A model generated the notes under the pieces. It was given only the letters and a program-made list of their open reading frames with translations, searched no databases and was not told the DNA's origin. A stretch of 64,000 nucleotides of DNA from Narcine bancroftii (Eukaryota), in the NCBI RefSeq assembly GCF_036971445.1, contig NC_091475.1:16058001-16122000 (forward strand). The letters are read 5' to 3'. The position numbers and the translations under genes were made by a program. This document shows positions 35,401 through 46,135 of the stretch, in pieces; position 1 is the stretch's first letter, and each line of letters opens with the position of its first letter.

Positions 35401-38400
35401 GTTTAGAAAGGGAATATTTATGTGGCAACAAAATGTTCATGAAGCTGAACATGTTAACAAGGCTATTGTTTATTGTATAATAACAAATATTCATTCTACA
35501 CTATGTGTGCTAGTTTTGAACTGCAGGTAGGTGGGTTGGATATACAATAATTATGTGTAGCCTAAACCCATTTCCTAGAGACTGTATAATTGAATTTGTA
35601 CGAGTAAGATTAGTTTCCAAACAAGATGGAAAAAATTGATTCCAAGTTATTTTAAAATACTTTTTTCAGAAAGTTTGTTTATATTTTTTAATTGAGAAAT
35701 CAAGGAGGAAGAACAATTATTACTACAGGACACTCACTACCCAAGTAGATAAAGACTACCAGGTAAATGAATTCATAAATAATGTTAAATGAAGTTTATA
35801 AACAAGGTTGTAAGAAGTGAAAAAGAGATGAGGTATTAGTGAATTTGCAACAAAATGAGAATGTAAAAGATTGCTTTAAAACTCCAAATAGCCCTGAGAG
35901 GAACATTATCTCTATGACTCCAGTCAGTTTGAAAAGTTGAAGGATTGAATCAATGAAATGTAGAAATTAAGAACTGTTGGATGAGTTGTTTTTCTTCTAG
36001 CTTGTTCAGTTATATATGAGCAAATATTTTTTGTAGAGAAGTGGTATTTGCAACTACCAACAGATTTACCTTTTAACATTTAAGAGTAAGAGCTTATTTG
36101 GCCCAAATGTTATAAAAGTTCCAGTGGTGAAGAAGCTGAGGCAAAATAAAGGAATAAGCATAGAAAATAATTGATTTCTATTTAAGGAAAACTACTTTTA
36201 GAGAATGGAGTGGGGAAGATTACCCATGATTCATTAGTATGCCAGAACTTTGGTTAATGAATTTAAAATATGTAGGTTATGATAAAAAGACCAGTAAAAG
36301 GTGATAATGGGATTCTAGTAAATTATCCAATTAAAAATGATTGAATGAACTAGTAGTATCTGTGTCATATATGGTATTTCGGCAGCACTGGTGTGGTAGG
36401 AAAATGTTTAATATCTTCATTACAAGTGTGCAACTGCTTATTTCAACACCGTTTGGATATGTGCAAAGCTGTATAAATAGCTAAACAGAGCAGAGCTGTT
36501 GAGATGTATAATATGGCAAATTGGTAAAAATAGGTATGAATTTGGCTACAAAAATCAAAAAGCAAACAAATTTGAAGTTAGAAGCAAATTGTTACTTGAA
36601 GTTGCTTCCTCAATGATATGGGTGTAGATTAGAATATTGCTTGTGTTGTACTGAGAAGAAAGCTATTGAAAAGAACAGTAAGCTTTTGTTATTATCTGTA
36701 AATAAACTGCAGCAATCTTACATTATGTTTTTATTTGACCAAACCTTTCATGGCCATCTACATTCCAACTTGTGGGGACTTGCGTATGTATACAAAAGAT
36801 TAGGTGTCATTTAAGTAGATGACACTCAAAAATGCTATTTCTTCTAACCATACTCCACCAGGTAAAATCTATTCTAAGGAATAGACAGAAAGTGAAAGAA
36901 AAGGAGATGAAAAATATCAAAATCCATTAGTTCAATAAAACACTAAATAAATGTAAAGGAATTAAATCATGTTTGTAAAAGTAAATTTTCAGTTTGCTTG
37001 GCAGTAATAAATCAGTAAATAAAATTTAGTTACACTAAAATTGACAAACGTAGCTTTTTTTTCTGGCACATTTATTCATAGTGCCACAATTTCCACGGCT
37101 GCCATGTTTCAGAGCAGAACAAATAGGACAGCAAATTCCTTATTTCCATATTTAAATCTATGTGTCGAAATTTGTCCAGTTTACTTTTCAGTTTTTTTTC
37201 TAGTGGTGATTGCTTCTCATTGTGATGCTTGCAAAGATGCATTTTAATGTGATGGCAAGATCTTTTAAGTTTATTAAATTTGGGATGGAGGGTCAAATTA
37301 ATATCCCCTTATTCACAGAACCATAGAACATTACAACACATAGACAGGCCTTTTGGCCCTTCTAGTCTGTGCCAAACCATTTTTCGGCCCAATCTCATTG
37401 ACCTGCTCCCAGTCCATAGGCCTCCATACTACTTCCATCCATGTGCCTTTAATTCTTTTTGTGAAAAAATATGTAATATGTTGATATAGGAAAAGTTGAG
37501 AAGGAATTGGGGTAGATACAAGCAAATGAAACGAGGTAGACAACTCGGTGGGCATGGACAAGTTAGGCTGAAGGAATTGTTTCTATGCGACAAAACTGGC
37601 TTTAATACTAAATAAGTACCTGTATATAATAAATTACATAGTGCACCAACAATTTTTTTGTTGGCTACAGTGTTCTTCCAAGAAATTTAGAATTACATCT
37701 CCATGTTTAGCAGCGAGGTACAGTATTGAGTTTGCTGAAGCCACAACTGATTAGAGAACTTTCACAACGCTATTGTCAGGAATGAGTCAAGCATATCAAA
37801 CAATTTGTCACTTCTCAGTCATTTATATTAAGAATATCTATATAGTTGTCAGAGAGAAGTTTTAAAATTTGCCCAAGTTGCAATTTAATGCATGGTTTTG
37901 TCCTGAATCATAGAGGTAGGACTGGTAGCTTTGTAGAAAACGGTAAAATGGAGCCATGACATGTACACTACATTTGATGGTAGCAATGGATCATTTAGCC
38001 TCTCTTGAATGCAATGACTCCAGCACTTGTGTTAAAGGTGCATTGCTGTCAATGGTACATACAGTGCAACTGTAAGCTTAGGATACCTGCACCATTCATG
38101 TGCCTCACGTGAACCTCAGAAGTGCAAATCTTTTGGAAAACCCGCAGTTTCTCCTTTCTGCATACGTAAGTAGATATCTTCTAACCACTTACTTATAACA
38201 TTCTGCTATGGTAAAATTTAAGGCAAATACTCTTTATGATTTAAGGGTTTTTTTTTGTTGTTGCATCAGTTGGGCTGCCATTACATTAATATTACCACAC
38301 AACTCTCTCACTATCTGTTTAAATGCAGCTTGAAACATATTTAAATGCATATCACTTAGTATTTGTAGCTTTTGAAACATTTCACAGAATTGACGGTTGA

Positions 38401-38859
38401 AATTCTAGGTGTGACTGAACCCTTCAGACTGGAAGCTTCCAGTTTTAAAAATCCGGTCTCTTAAGTTAGCAGATCTGAAATACATTCAAGGTGATGCAGT
38501 AGAGTTGGCGTCCATGTCATCATGGTGGGAAAGTAAACTGATAGCTCGTGATTGCTATCCTGTAATCCCTAATGGAATTTGCTTGTCAAAATGTTATCAC
38601 TTAATGTGATTCTCAGCAGTGGATGGCTAGATTTGACTTGGATGAGATTAGATTCAGCAATTAGAGCATCAATTTATTATTGAGTTTGTTCACTTTCTAA
38701 TGTGGGATCATTGAATAGCAATCAGGAATGTAAACTTTAGTTCATTATTCATCCAACCCATCCCAACAATGTACTCTCCCCTCAATTCAACCCCACCATC
38801 TCCCTGCCTTTTGAACACCAGATCAAAGTACTAAGGTGAATAATAGCACCCAGTAATTT

Positions 38860-39200
38860 TTCACAGACCAGAGATTAACATCGACTTCTCTGGTTTCTGC
38901 TAACTTGCTCGCCTTTTTTTCCCCTCCGATTTCCAATTATCCCTCCCTTCCCCCCCTCCACTCGCCCAGCCTTCCCTCCTCCCCCCGATCACTGCTGTTC
39001 CCTCCATGCCTTCTCCACCTATCACTTCCTATCTTTGTCTCCCCGTCCATCCCCCCCACCCTTTGTTCGGACGCCTGCTGGCATTCTTCCGTACCTTGAT
39101 GACTGGCTCAAGCCTGAAACGTCGGTTATGTATTTTTTACGTTTGCTACATAAAAAAATACTGACCAGCTGAGTTTCTTCAGCATTTTGTGTTTTTACAT
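38860..39200 (+). mobile_element. Penelope-derived/SINE-like 3' tail
   Basis: Pyrimidine-rich tract plus ccttgatgactggctcaagcctgaaacgtcggttatg...gagtttcttcagcatt. This tail recurs at about 30190-30300, 46340-46450 and 55455-55550. Confidence 0.55.
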
Positions 39201-40284
39201 TAAATATGGGGTATCCCATCACTTTATTACATAATTCCCAATGTACAACAAGACTCCATCTCAGCTTTGCCACTACAAAACCAAGTTGTTGCATTAGCAT
39301 TGTCAAAAGTGAAAATGTTAGTCTGATCTGTAACACAAAAATGACATCAGAACTTAACTTTTTTTTCAAATCTGCTGATACTAAAATGCTCTAAAACGCC
39401 TAAATTATGTTTAAATGTCTGTGGTGAGGGAAATAAATTGCACAACAATCAACAACAACATGGTCTTTAGTTGGGCAAAGCAAATCATTCTCAATTTCAA
39501 AATTGTTTTTTAGTTGTCACTTTCTTAAGATTCCTTCAGATATCTTGTGAAGTTTTAATTTGCTTGTTTTTTTTGTTTAGATTTGGTGTATAGTGGTGGT
39601 TCTTTCCTCCACTGTGACCAGTACAATCTTTAAATTTTGGGAATTTTCAGTCACATGATTTGTCTTTGTTTTGAATATTTTAATATGCTGAACGTAAATC
39701 ACCTGTTTTTGTGTGTTAAATTTAAGATGCTTCAAGTGTTTTTTGCTATGCATGTCAATGTACAAATTTTCACTGATACTATTTTAAATTTGATGGCATA
39801 ACTGTCTGAATCAATTTTTTAAATCATAAATAGGGAAGCATTGGTTTCTTGAAAATGTTGTTTAAGGATTTCTCAAAACAAATCGTACAGAGGCTTCACA
39901 TCCACATACAGTATATGAAATTTTTAAGTATGGGATTGGTGCCATGTGGTTTGTTTTGTTTTTTGAAAAATCCTTGAAGGCAACCATCATAAAATTATTT
40001 GATTTTTATCAATCTTGAAGGTGTTTGCACTTTCATTCCCGATGCATATAAAAGTAGGCTCAGAAAGTCTTATGATCAGTAATAATTCTGATCGGAGGCT
40101 TTCAGACTTTCCATTTTAAAATGGAAAACCAGATTTCAGTTTTCTCACTTTTGTATGCCATTAATCATTGGGGGGTGGGGGGGGGGAACTCATCACGTAT
40201 TCTACTTTTCCAGAAATTGACCTAATATCATTTCTAATTCTAATATCATTTTTTTTTTTGTCTTTTGTCTTTGCTATCTTGCAG

Positions 40285-40561
40285 GAGTGTAACTCTAAAC
40301 CTTGCTAGACTTCTCAGCAACAGCTAAGAATTTCAACACCAACAAATTAAGCTGTGCCTGTCTTGTGGAATTGCTGCTTAAAAAACATGAGAAATAGTCA
40401 AACGTGAAGTTCACAAGATAAATAGCATTCCTGTACCTGTACAACTGGAATCCTGCAGGTTCAAATCAAGGCAGCAAACGAAAGGACAAATATTTTACCT
40501 TTTTCGTTATTTCATTAGTAACCTGGCTGTTGTCTGGCTTTGAATCTAAACTATTATAAAC
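40285..40561 (+). other. SLC5A3: SLC5A3 exon 2 splice acceptor and 5' UTR portion
   Basis: Long pyrimidine tract (ttttttttttgtcttttgtctttgctatcttgcag|G) ending at 40284, with repeated CTAAT branch-like motifs at about 40222-40243. The acceptor is 277 nt before the SLC5A3 ATG. Confidence 0.8.
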
Positions 40562-42694
40562 ATGTTTGGCTTAATGGAAACAGCTGACTTGGCTGTTGTA
40601 GGACTTTATTTTGTTCTTGTATTGTGCATTGGATTTTTTGCGATGTGGAAGTCCAACAGAAGTACCGTGAGTGGGTACTTCCTTGCAGGACGCTCCATGA
40701 CCTGGGTGGCAATAGGTGCTTCATTGTTTGTGAGTAATATTGGGAGTGAACATTTTATTGGTCTAGCAGGATCTGGAGCTGCCAGTGGTTTTGCAGTTGG
40801 AGCTTGGGAGTTCAATGCAGTATTACTTTTGCAACTATTAGGTTGGGTTTTCATCCCAGTCTATATTAGATCTGGTGTGTATACCATGCCACAATACCTT
40901 TCGAAGCGTTATGGTGGGAACAGAATGAAAATTTATTTTGCTTTGTTGTCCTTGCTGTTGTACGTCTCCACCAAGCTTTCTGTGGACTTGTATGCTGGGG
41001 CACTCTTCATTCGGCTATCACTGGGCTGGGACCTTTATCTCTCCATCATCATTTTGATTGGATTGACTGCAGTGTTAACTGTCACAGGAGGACTTGTGGC
41101 TGTGATCTACACCGATGTTCTGCAGGCCATTCTTATGATTGGCGGAGCTTTAACGTTGATGGTTGTCGGTATGGTCAAGGTGGGAGGCTTTGAGGAAATG
41201 AAACGAAGATACATGCTCGCCTCTCCAAATGTTACTGCAGTCATAACTTCCTTCAACTTGAGTTCAATGAATATTTGCCAGATCCGCCCAAAAGAAGATT
41301 CTCTAAAGATGCTACGTGAACCAACTGATGAGGATATTCCTTGGCCTGGATTCATGTTGGGTCAAACACCAGCCTCTGGTTGGTATTGGTGTGCTGATCA
41401 AGTCATTGTGCAACGAGTCTTGGCAGCAAAGAACATTGCTCATGCCAAAGGAGCCACTCTGATGGCTGGTTTTTTGAAAATCTTGCCCATGTTTATCATC
41501 GTCATTCCAGGGATGATTTCCAGGATTCTCTTTACTGATGAAGTTGTTTGCATTAATCCAGAGCACTGCATGCAAGTGTGCGGCAGCAGTGCAGGTTGCT
41601 CCAATATCGCCTATCCACGCCTGGTGTTGGGAATCTTACCTGTAGGTCTCCGTGGTCTAATGATGGCAGTCATGATAGCAGCTTTGATGAGTGATTTGGA
41701 TTCTATCTTCAATAGTGCCAGCACAATATTCACCCTTGATGTCTACAAGCATCTTCGAAAGGTTGCCAGCTCTCGAGAACTTATGGTAGTGGGTCGTTTA
41801 TTTGTTGTCTTCATGGTAGGTATAAGCATTGCCTGGGTTCCTGTAATTGTAGAGATGCAAGGAGGGCAGATGTATCTTTATGTCCAAGAGGTAGCAAATT
41901 ATCTCACACCCCCTGTGGCCGCCGTGTTTCTACTTAGTATTTTCTGGAGACGTTGCAATGAAAAGGGGGCTTTCTGTGGAGGGTTAGTTGGGTCCATTTT
42001 GGGAATGATTCGTTTGATTCTTGCCTTTGTATACCATGTGCCAGAATGTGACCAGCCTGACACCAGACCAAGTTTTATCAGAAACATTCACTATATGTAT
42101 GTGGCAGCAGTTCTGTTCTGGAGCACTATCGTTACAGCAGTCATAGTAAGTCTACTGACTCCTGCTCTTCCGAGAGAACATACTCGTCGCACCACATTCT
42201 GGTCCTTGAAAGACTCTGCTAATGTGAAAAGCTCGCAGACAGACGAATCGGCGAAACTGGCAAAGGGAACTGTGTCTGAAAACAATGCCAGTACCAGATG
42301 TGTGGATAAGACTGACTGTGGTCAGAAAGATGCTGATGGAATAGAATTAGCTCTGTTAATGTCTGGCAATGATGATTCCAAATCTTTGTGCGCACCATCC
42401 AGCACTGAAGGACCAATGCCAGCTGGTGGTTATCTACATAGACAGGCATCTGTGGACCAAGAAACCAATGGGAAACCTCAACTGGAAAGAAGCAAGTGGT
42501 GGAGAATTTTTGAATGCTTTTGTGGATTAAAAATGTATGACATGACAAATCCAGCACCAAAATATACTATAGAAGATGAACGTATTTGCTTGAAAATGCT
42601 TCAAGAGAGCACCAAGATTAAAATACTGTTAAATATTGGACTTTTAGTTGTATTGTCTTCTGGGATATCTATGTTCATTTATTTCTCTTTGTAA
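40562..42694 (+). CDS. SLC5A3: Sodium/myo-inositol cotransporter SMIT1 (SLC5/SSS family), intronless CDS, 710 aa
   Basis: SSS motifs GYFLAGRSM, SLFVSNIGSEHFIGLAGSGAASG, WYWCADQVIVQRVLAAKN and MIAALMSDLDSIFNSASTIFTLD, and a C-terminal IYFSL. A single-exon CDS inside MRPS6 intron 1 matches the known SLC5A3 arrangement. Confidence 0.98.
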   Translation: MFGLMETADLAVVGLYFVLVLCIGFFAMWKSNRSTVSGYFLAGRSMTWVAIGASLFVSNIGSEHFIGLAGSGAASGFAVGAWEFNAVLLLQLLGWVFIPVYIRSGVYTMPQYLSKRYGGNRMKIYFALLSLLLYVSTKLSVDLYAGALFIRLSLGWDLYLSIIILIGLTAVLTVTGGLVAVIYTDVLQAILMIGGALTLMVVGMVKVGGFEEMKRRYMLASPNVTAVITSFNLSSMNICQIRPKEDSLKMLREPTDEDIPWPGFMLGQTPASGWYWCADQVIVQRVLAAKNIAHAKGATLMAGFLKILPMFIIVIPGMISRILFTDEVVCINPEHCMQVCGSSAGCSNIAYPRLVLGILPVGLRGLMMAVMIAALMSDLDSIFNSASTIFTLDVYKHLRKVASSRELMVVGRLFVVFMVGISIAWVPVIVEMQGGQMYLYVQEVANYLTPPVAAVFLLSIFWRRCNEKGAFCGGLVGSILGMIRLILAFVYHVPECDQPDTRPSFIRNIHYMYVAAVLFWSTIVTAVIVSLLTPALPREHTRRTTFWSLKDSANVKSSQTDESAKLAKGTVSENNASTRCVDKTDCGQKDADGIELALLMSGNDDSKSLCAPSSTEGPMPAGGYLHRQASVDQETNGKPQLERSKWWRIFECFCGLKMYDMTNPAPKYTIEDERICLKMLQESTKIKILLNIGLLVVLSSGISMFIYFSL

Positions 42695-42926
42695 AATCAG
42701 TCTGCAGGTTTAAGTGAACGCAGTTTTGGTTTTGAAGATGTCTCTGTTCCTTTTGTTGGCCTGATAGAAAGCTTTTATGGCCTGCTAATTAATTATTAGG
42801 GATGCTTAATGGGAAAGTTAATTATCAAAGAAATTTGTTTGTGTCCAGTCTGATCTTTGATCAAAGGCAGTAAAATTGTTTAAAGTGGGGAATGAGCGCA
42901 TTTCATCTTCTGACTTGATTTTCAGT

Positions 42927-43170
42927 AACTACTGGAAACAAGGATTTTAGATGAGGACTAGTTTAGAACTACTGGAAACAAGGATTTTAGATGAGGACTA
43001 GTTTAGAACTACTGGAAACAAGGATTTTAGATGAGGACTAGTTTAGAACTACTGGAAACAAGGATTTTAGATGAGGACTAGTTTAGAACTACTGGAAACA
43101 AGGATTTTAGATGAGGACTAGTTTAGAACTACTGGAAACAAGGATTTTAGATGAGGACTAGTTTAGAACT
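42927..43170. repeat. Perfect 40-bp minisatellite x6, just downstream of the SLC5A3 stop
   Basis: Unit ACTGGAAACAAGGATTTTAGATGAGGACTAGTTTAGAACT at 42931, 42971, 43011, 43051, 43091 and 43131, with no mismatches. Confidence 0.97.
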
Positions 43171-43189
43171 CTATTGTGATTTTTAGTTA

Positions 43190-44280
43190 CTTTTATTTTT
43201 TAAAAATATTTTATTTAAAAATTTTAAATCACATAACATTGATTACAGTATCCTGATAAAAACATAATGTGACTATATATATATATATTAAAAAAACCCA
43301 ACCACCCGACTAATACTCTCCCTCCTCCTTTACCCACCTACAAAAGAAAGAAAAGGAGATCATCAACAAATACGGTCATATTCGAACTTTTTAGCTGAGG
43401 TGGTGGCGGCACCTACGGACCGAGAGATCAAATTTTAACACCTATAATTTTCAAATATGGACTCCAAACTTTAATAAAGAAAAAATATTTATCTCTCAAA
43501 TTGTATGTTATCTTTTATAAAGGAATACAAGCTTTCCTTCCATGATGCCATCTTTTAATACTTAAAACCAAGTCAGACATTTTTTTTAGAAACAGCCAAA
43601 GCCAAATGTAAAAATTAATTTTGATACAAAGTCATTCTCAATCCTAAAGCAATTGACTTATTGTCCCTTATTAAAAACAATAATGAATCAAAAGGTAAAT
43701 TCACATTTAATACCTGTTCTAAAAACAATTTAATTTGTAGCCAAAAACTTTTAACCTTAGGGCAAGTCCAGGTCGAGTGGGGAAAAAAAGTACCTATTTC
43801 TTTACCACACCCAAAACACAAATCTGAAGAACTAAGTTGAAATGTTTTCAATTTTTGTGGGGTTAAATGCAACTGATGTAGAAAATTATACTGTACCAAC
43901 CTATAATGTACATTTATAACCTTGGTCATACTATCTTTACACAAATTTCTCCAAACATTTTCATCTAGCTTCCTATTCAAGCCCAATTCCCATTTCATTC
44001 TTGATTTATGAGGACCTAATTTAGGGATTTTATTTCGTAACAACTTGTACATTTCAGAAATAAATTTACTTGAATCATCCTTAGTAAGTAGTAATTCCAA
44101 AGAAGTTTGCTTAGGTAATTTTAAACTGACCTAATTGTTCCAACAATTTTTTTTAACCTGATAATAACAAAAAAGGTATTCGAAGGGATTTTAAACTTCT
44201 CTCTCATACGATCAAAAGTCAAAAATCTTCCTGCTTCAAAGCAATCTTCAACTTTTTAAATCCCCATTTGATTCCAAATT
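43190..44280 (-). mobile_element. L1-clade LINE 3' fragment, antisense, downstream of the SLC5A3 CDS
   Basis: ORF 43615-44100 (KW..L...W..LC, VQYNFLHQLHLTPQKL, CFGCGKEIGT..HSTWTCPKVKSFW) and a T-rich end near 43190. Confidence 0.8.
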
Positions 44281-45659
44281 GTATTATAGCTAATCTAGGT
44301 TTTAAAACATTTTTTAAAAACACTTTGAACTAATCAAGAAGAAACTACTGATGCTTTAATGCTTTCTGTTTAAATTTTATATGCATTGACTAGTAATTTT
44401 TTTGTTGAGATGCTGAAACTAGATTTTGATAAATTAGGAAACATTTAACTTTTTAGAAAAACTCAACATTTGTGACTTTGCTATCCATGGGTTCATTAAA
44501 TTTGTAAAATATTAGTGATTGGATTGTGGGGATCAGAAGAGTATGTGAAGGGAATAATCTATTGACTAGCCTCAAACAATATGTCTATACATTTGAATCA
44601 CTTTCTCCTTCCTTTGCATCTTAACATCTTTGAGGTCTCGCTGCTTCTTTTTCTATTTGTCTGTCATGCTTTCCAATTCAGTTAAATTATTTTTAAAACC
44701 TTTGTATTTTAATAACTTTAATAAGATAAAGTACAAGTTATGCAGAAAGTTAACTGAGCTTAAGTTGTTTACTTACCTAGTCGAATGGGTTGGGTTTCTG
44801 CCAAAGAAAATGAATATCAGGAGTAAGCTATAATTTATATATTCTATAAAATTCTATGATTTATTTTATGGAGAGAAAACTTCATGCCAGGACTTGAAAG
44901 TATAGTTTACTATGCAAGTACTATTTGTTGTCTTTACAGAAAAATATGTGAAGTGTATATGGAAATCACCATTTTGTCTTAACTATCCAAAGAATTTATC
45001 CTAACACCAGCAAACAACATTTTGGATATATACAGATAGACATATATATATTAAAAAATACTATAAAACAATTTTTGTCTTGTGTATACCGACGATCCTA
45101 TCATCTCCAAATGGCCATCAGCTTTGGAAAGCACAAATTGTGCACAGATAAACGCAGTTGACCAATTTTGTGTGTCTACTGGAATTTTGTATACCTGAAG
45201 AGATGTTGACCAATTGCAGGAATTAAAATGTATAAATAAAAAAAAATTGCTGAAAATACATACTAGTACTATTTGTTCCTTGATTTGAACTTTTTAAGAT
45301 GAGGCTCCCATTACACAGAATATGGAATTATTCAGTAATTAGTCAACTCTGCAAGATCAATCATTATTTTCTTTTAATAATCTTGGTTATTTTTTTAAAG
45401 ATATTTTTTAAATGATTTAAAATTCTTAAGCTGTTGTATTTTGAAATTGTTTGGGCATTCATTGATAACTCCATTGTTACTCTTCAGGGTAACTCCAGTG
45501 AGTAAATTAGCTGAATGAGTTAAAATATAATTTATAGAATGCTAGATAAGCTTGATCACATTGACAATACTTGCCTTTTCATGGAACTAGAAATGCAATC
45601 ACCATAGATATTTCAAAGAAAATAGGATTTCTGACCAGCAATGGATAGATGTTAAATTA

Positions 45660-46135
45660 GTGATACTCTAAAACCAGAGGTTAATGCCATCTGGTTGGAG
45701 GGTGCCCAGACAGAAGATGATGTGTTGTACCTCCAATTGATGGGCGGTCTCAGTCTGGTGGCGCATGAGACCATGGACAGACTTGACACCATGGAAATGG
45801 GTCGGCGAATTGAAATGGGTCGCCACTGGGCGATCCCTGCTATTGCAGTGGACAGATCCAAGGTGCTTAATGAAGCGATCTCTCAGTCTGCATCCAGACT
45901 CTACAATGTAGAGGAGGCCACAACAGGAGCACTCCATGCAGTAGCTGATCCCTGCAGATTCAGAAGTGGAATGTTGCTTCACTTCAAAGGACTCTTTGGG
46001 GCCCCGAATGGTGGTGAGAGAGGAGGTGTGGGTGCATTAGCACTACTTGTGGTCACAGTGGTAGGTATCAAGGGGGCAATTGGTGGAAGGGAGGAGTGGA
46101 CAAGGGAATCGGCAGAGAGAGGAAGAAGAGTTTGA
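45660..46135 (-). mobile_element. Penelope-like element fragment (GIY-YIG endonuclease)
   Basis: YCMECSCCGLLYIVESGCRLRDRFIKHL...RPVATHFNSPTH...IFCLGTLQPDGIN. Followed by an opposite-orientation tail at about 46150-46450. Confidence 0.75.

Noticed and set aside
40606-42560. Antisense ORFs over SLC5A3
   Set aside because: Short shadow ORFs of the real CDS with no recognisable homology.
42927-43170. CRISPR-like regular repeat
   Set aside because: Units are contiguous and identical with no unique spacers, there are no cas genes and the context is eukaryotic. It is a minisatellite.
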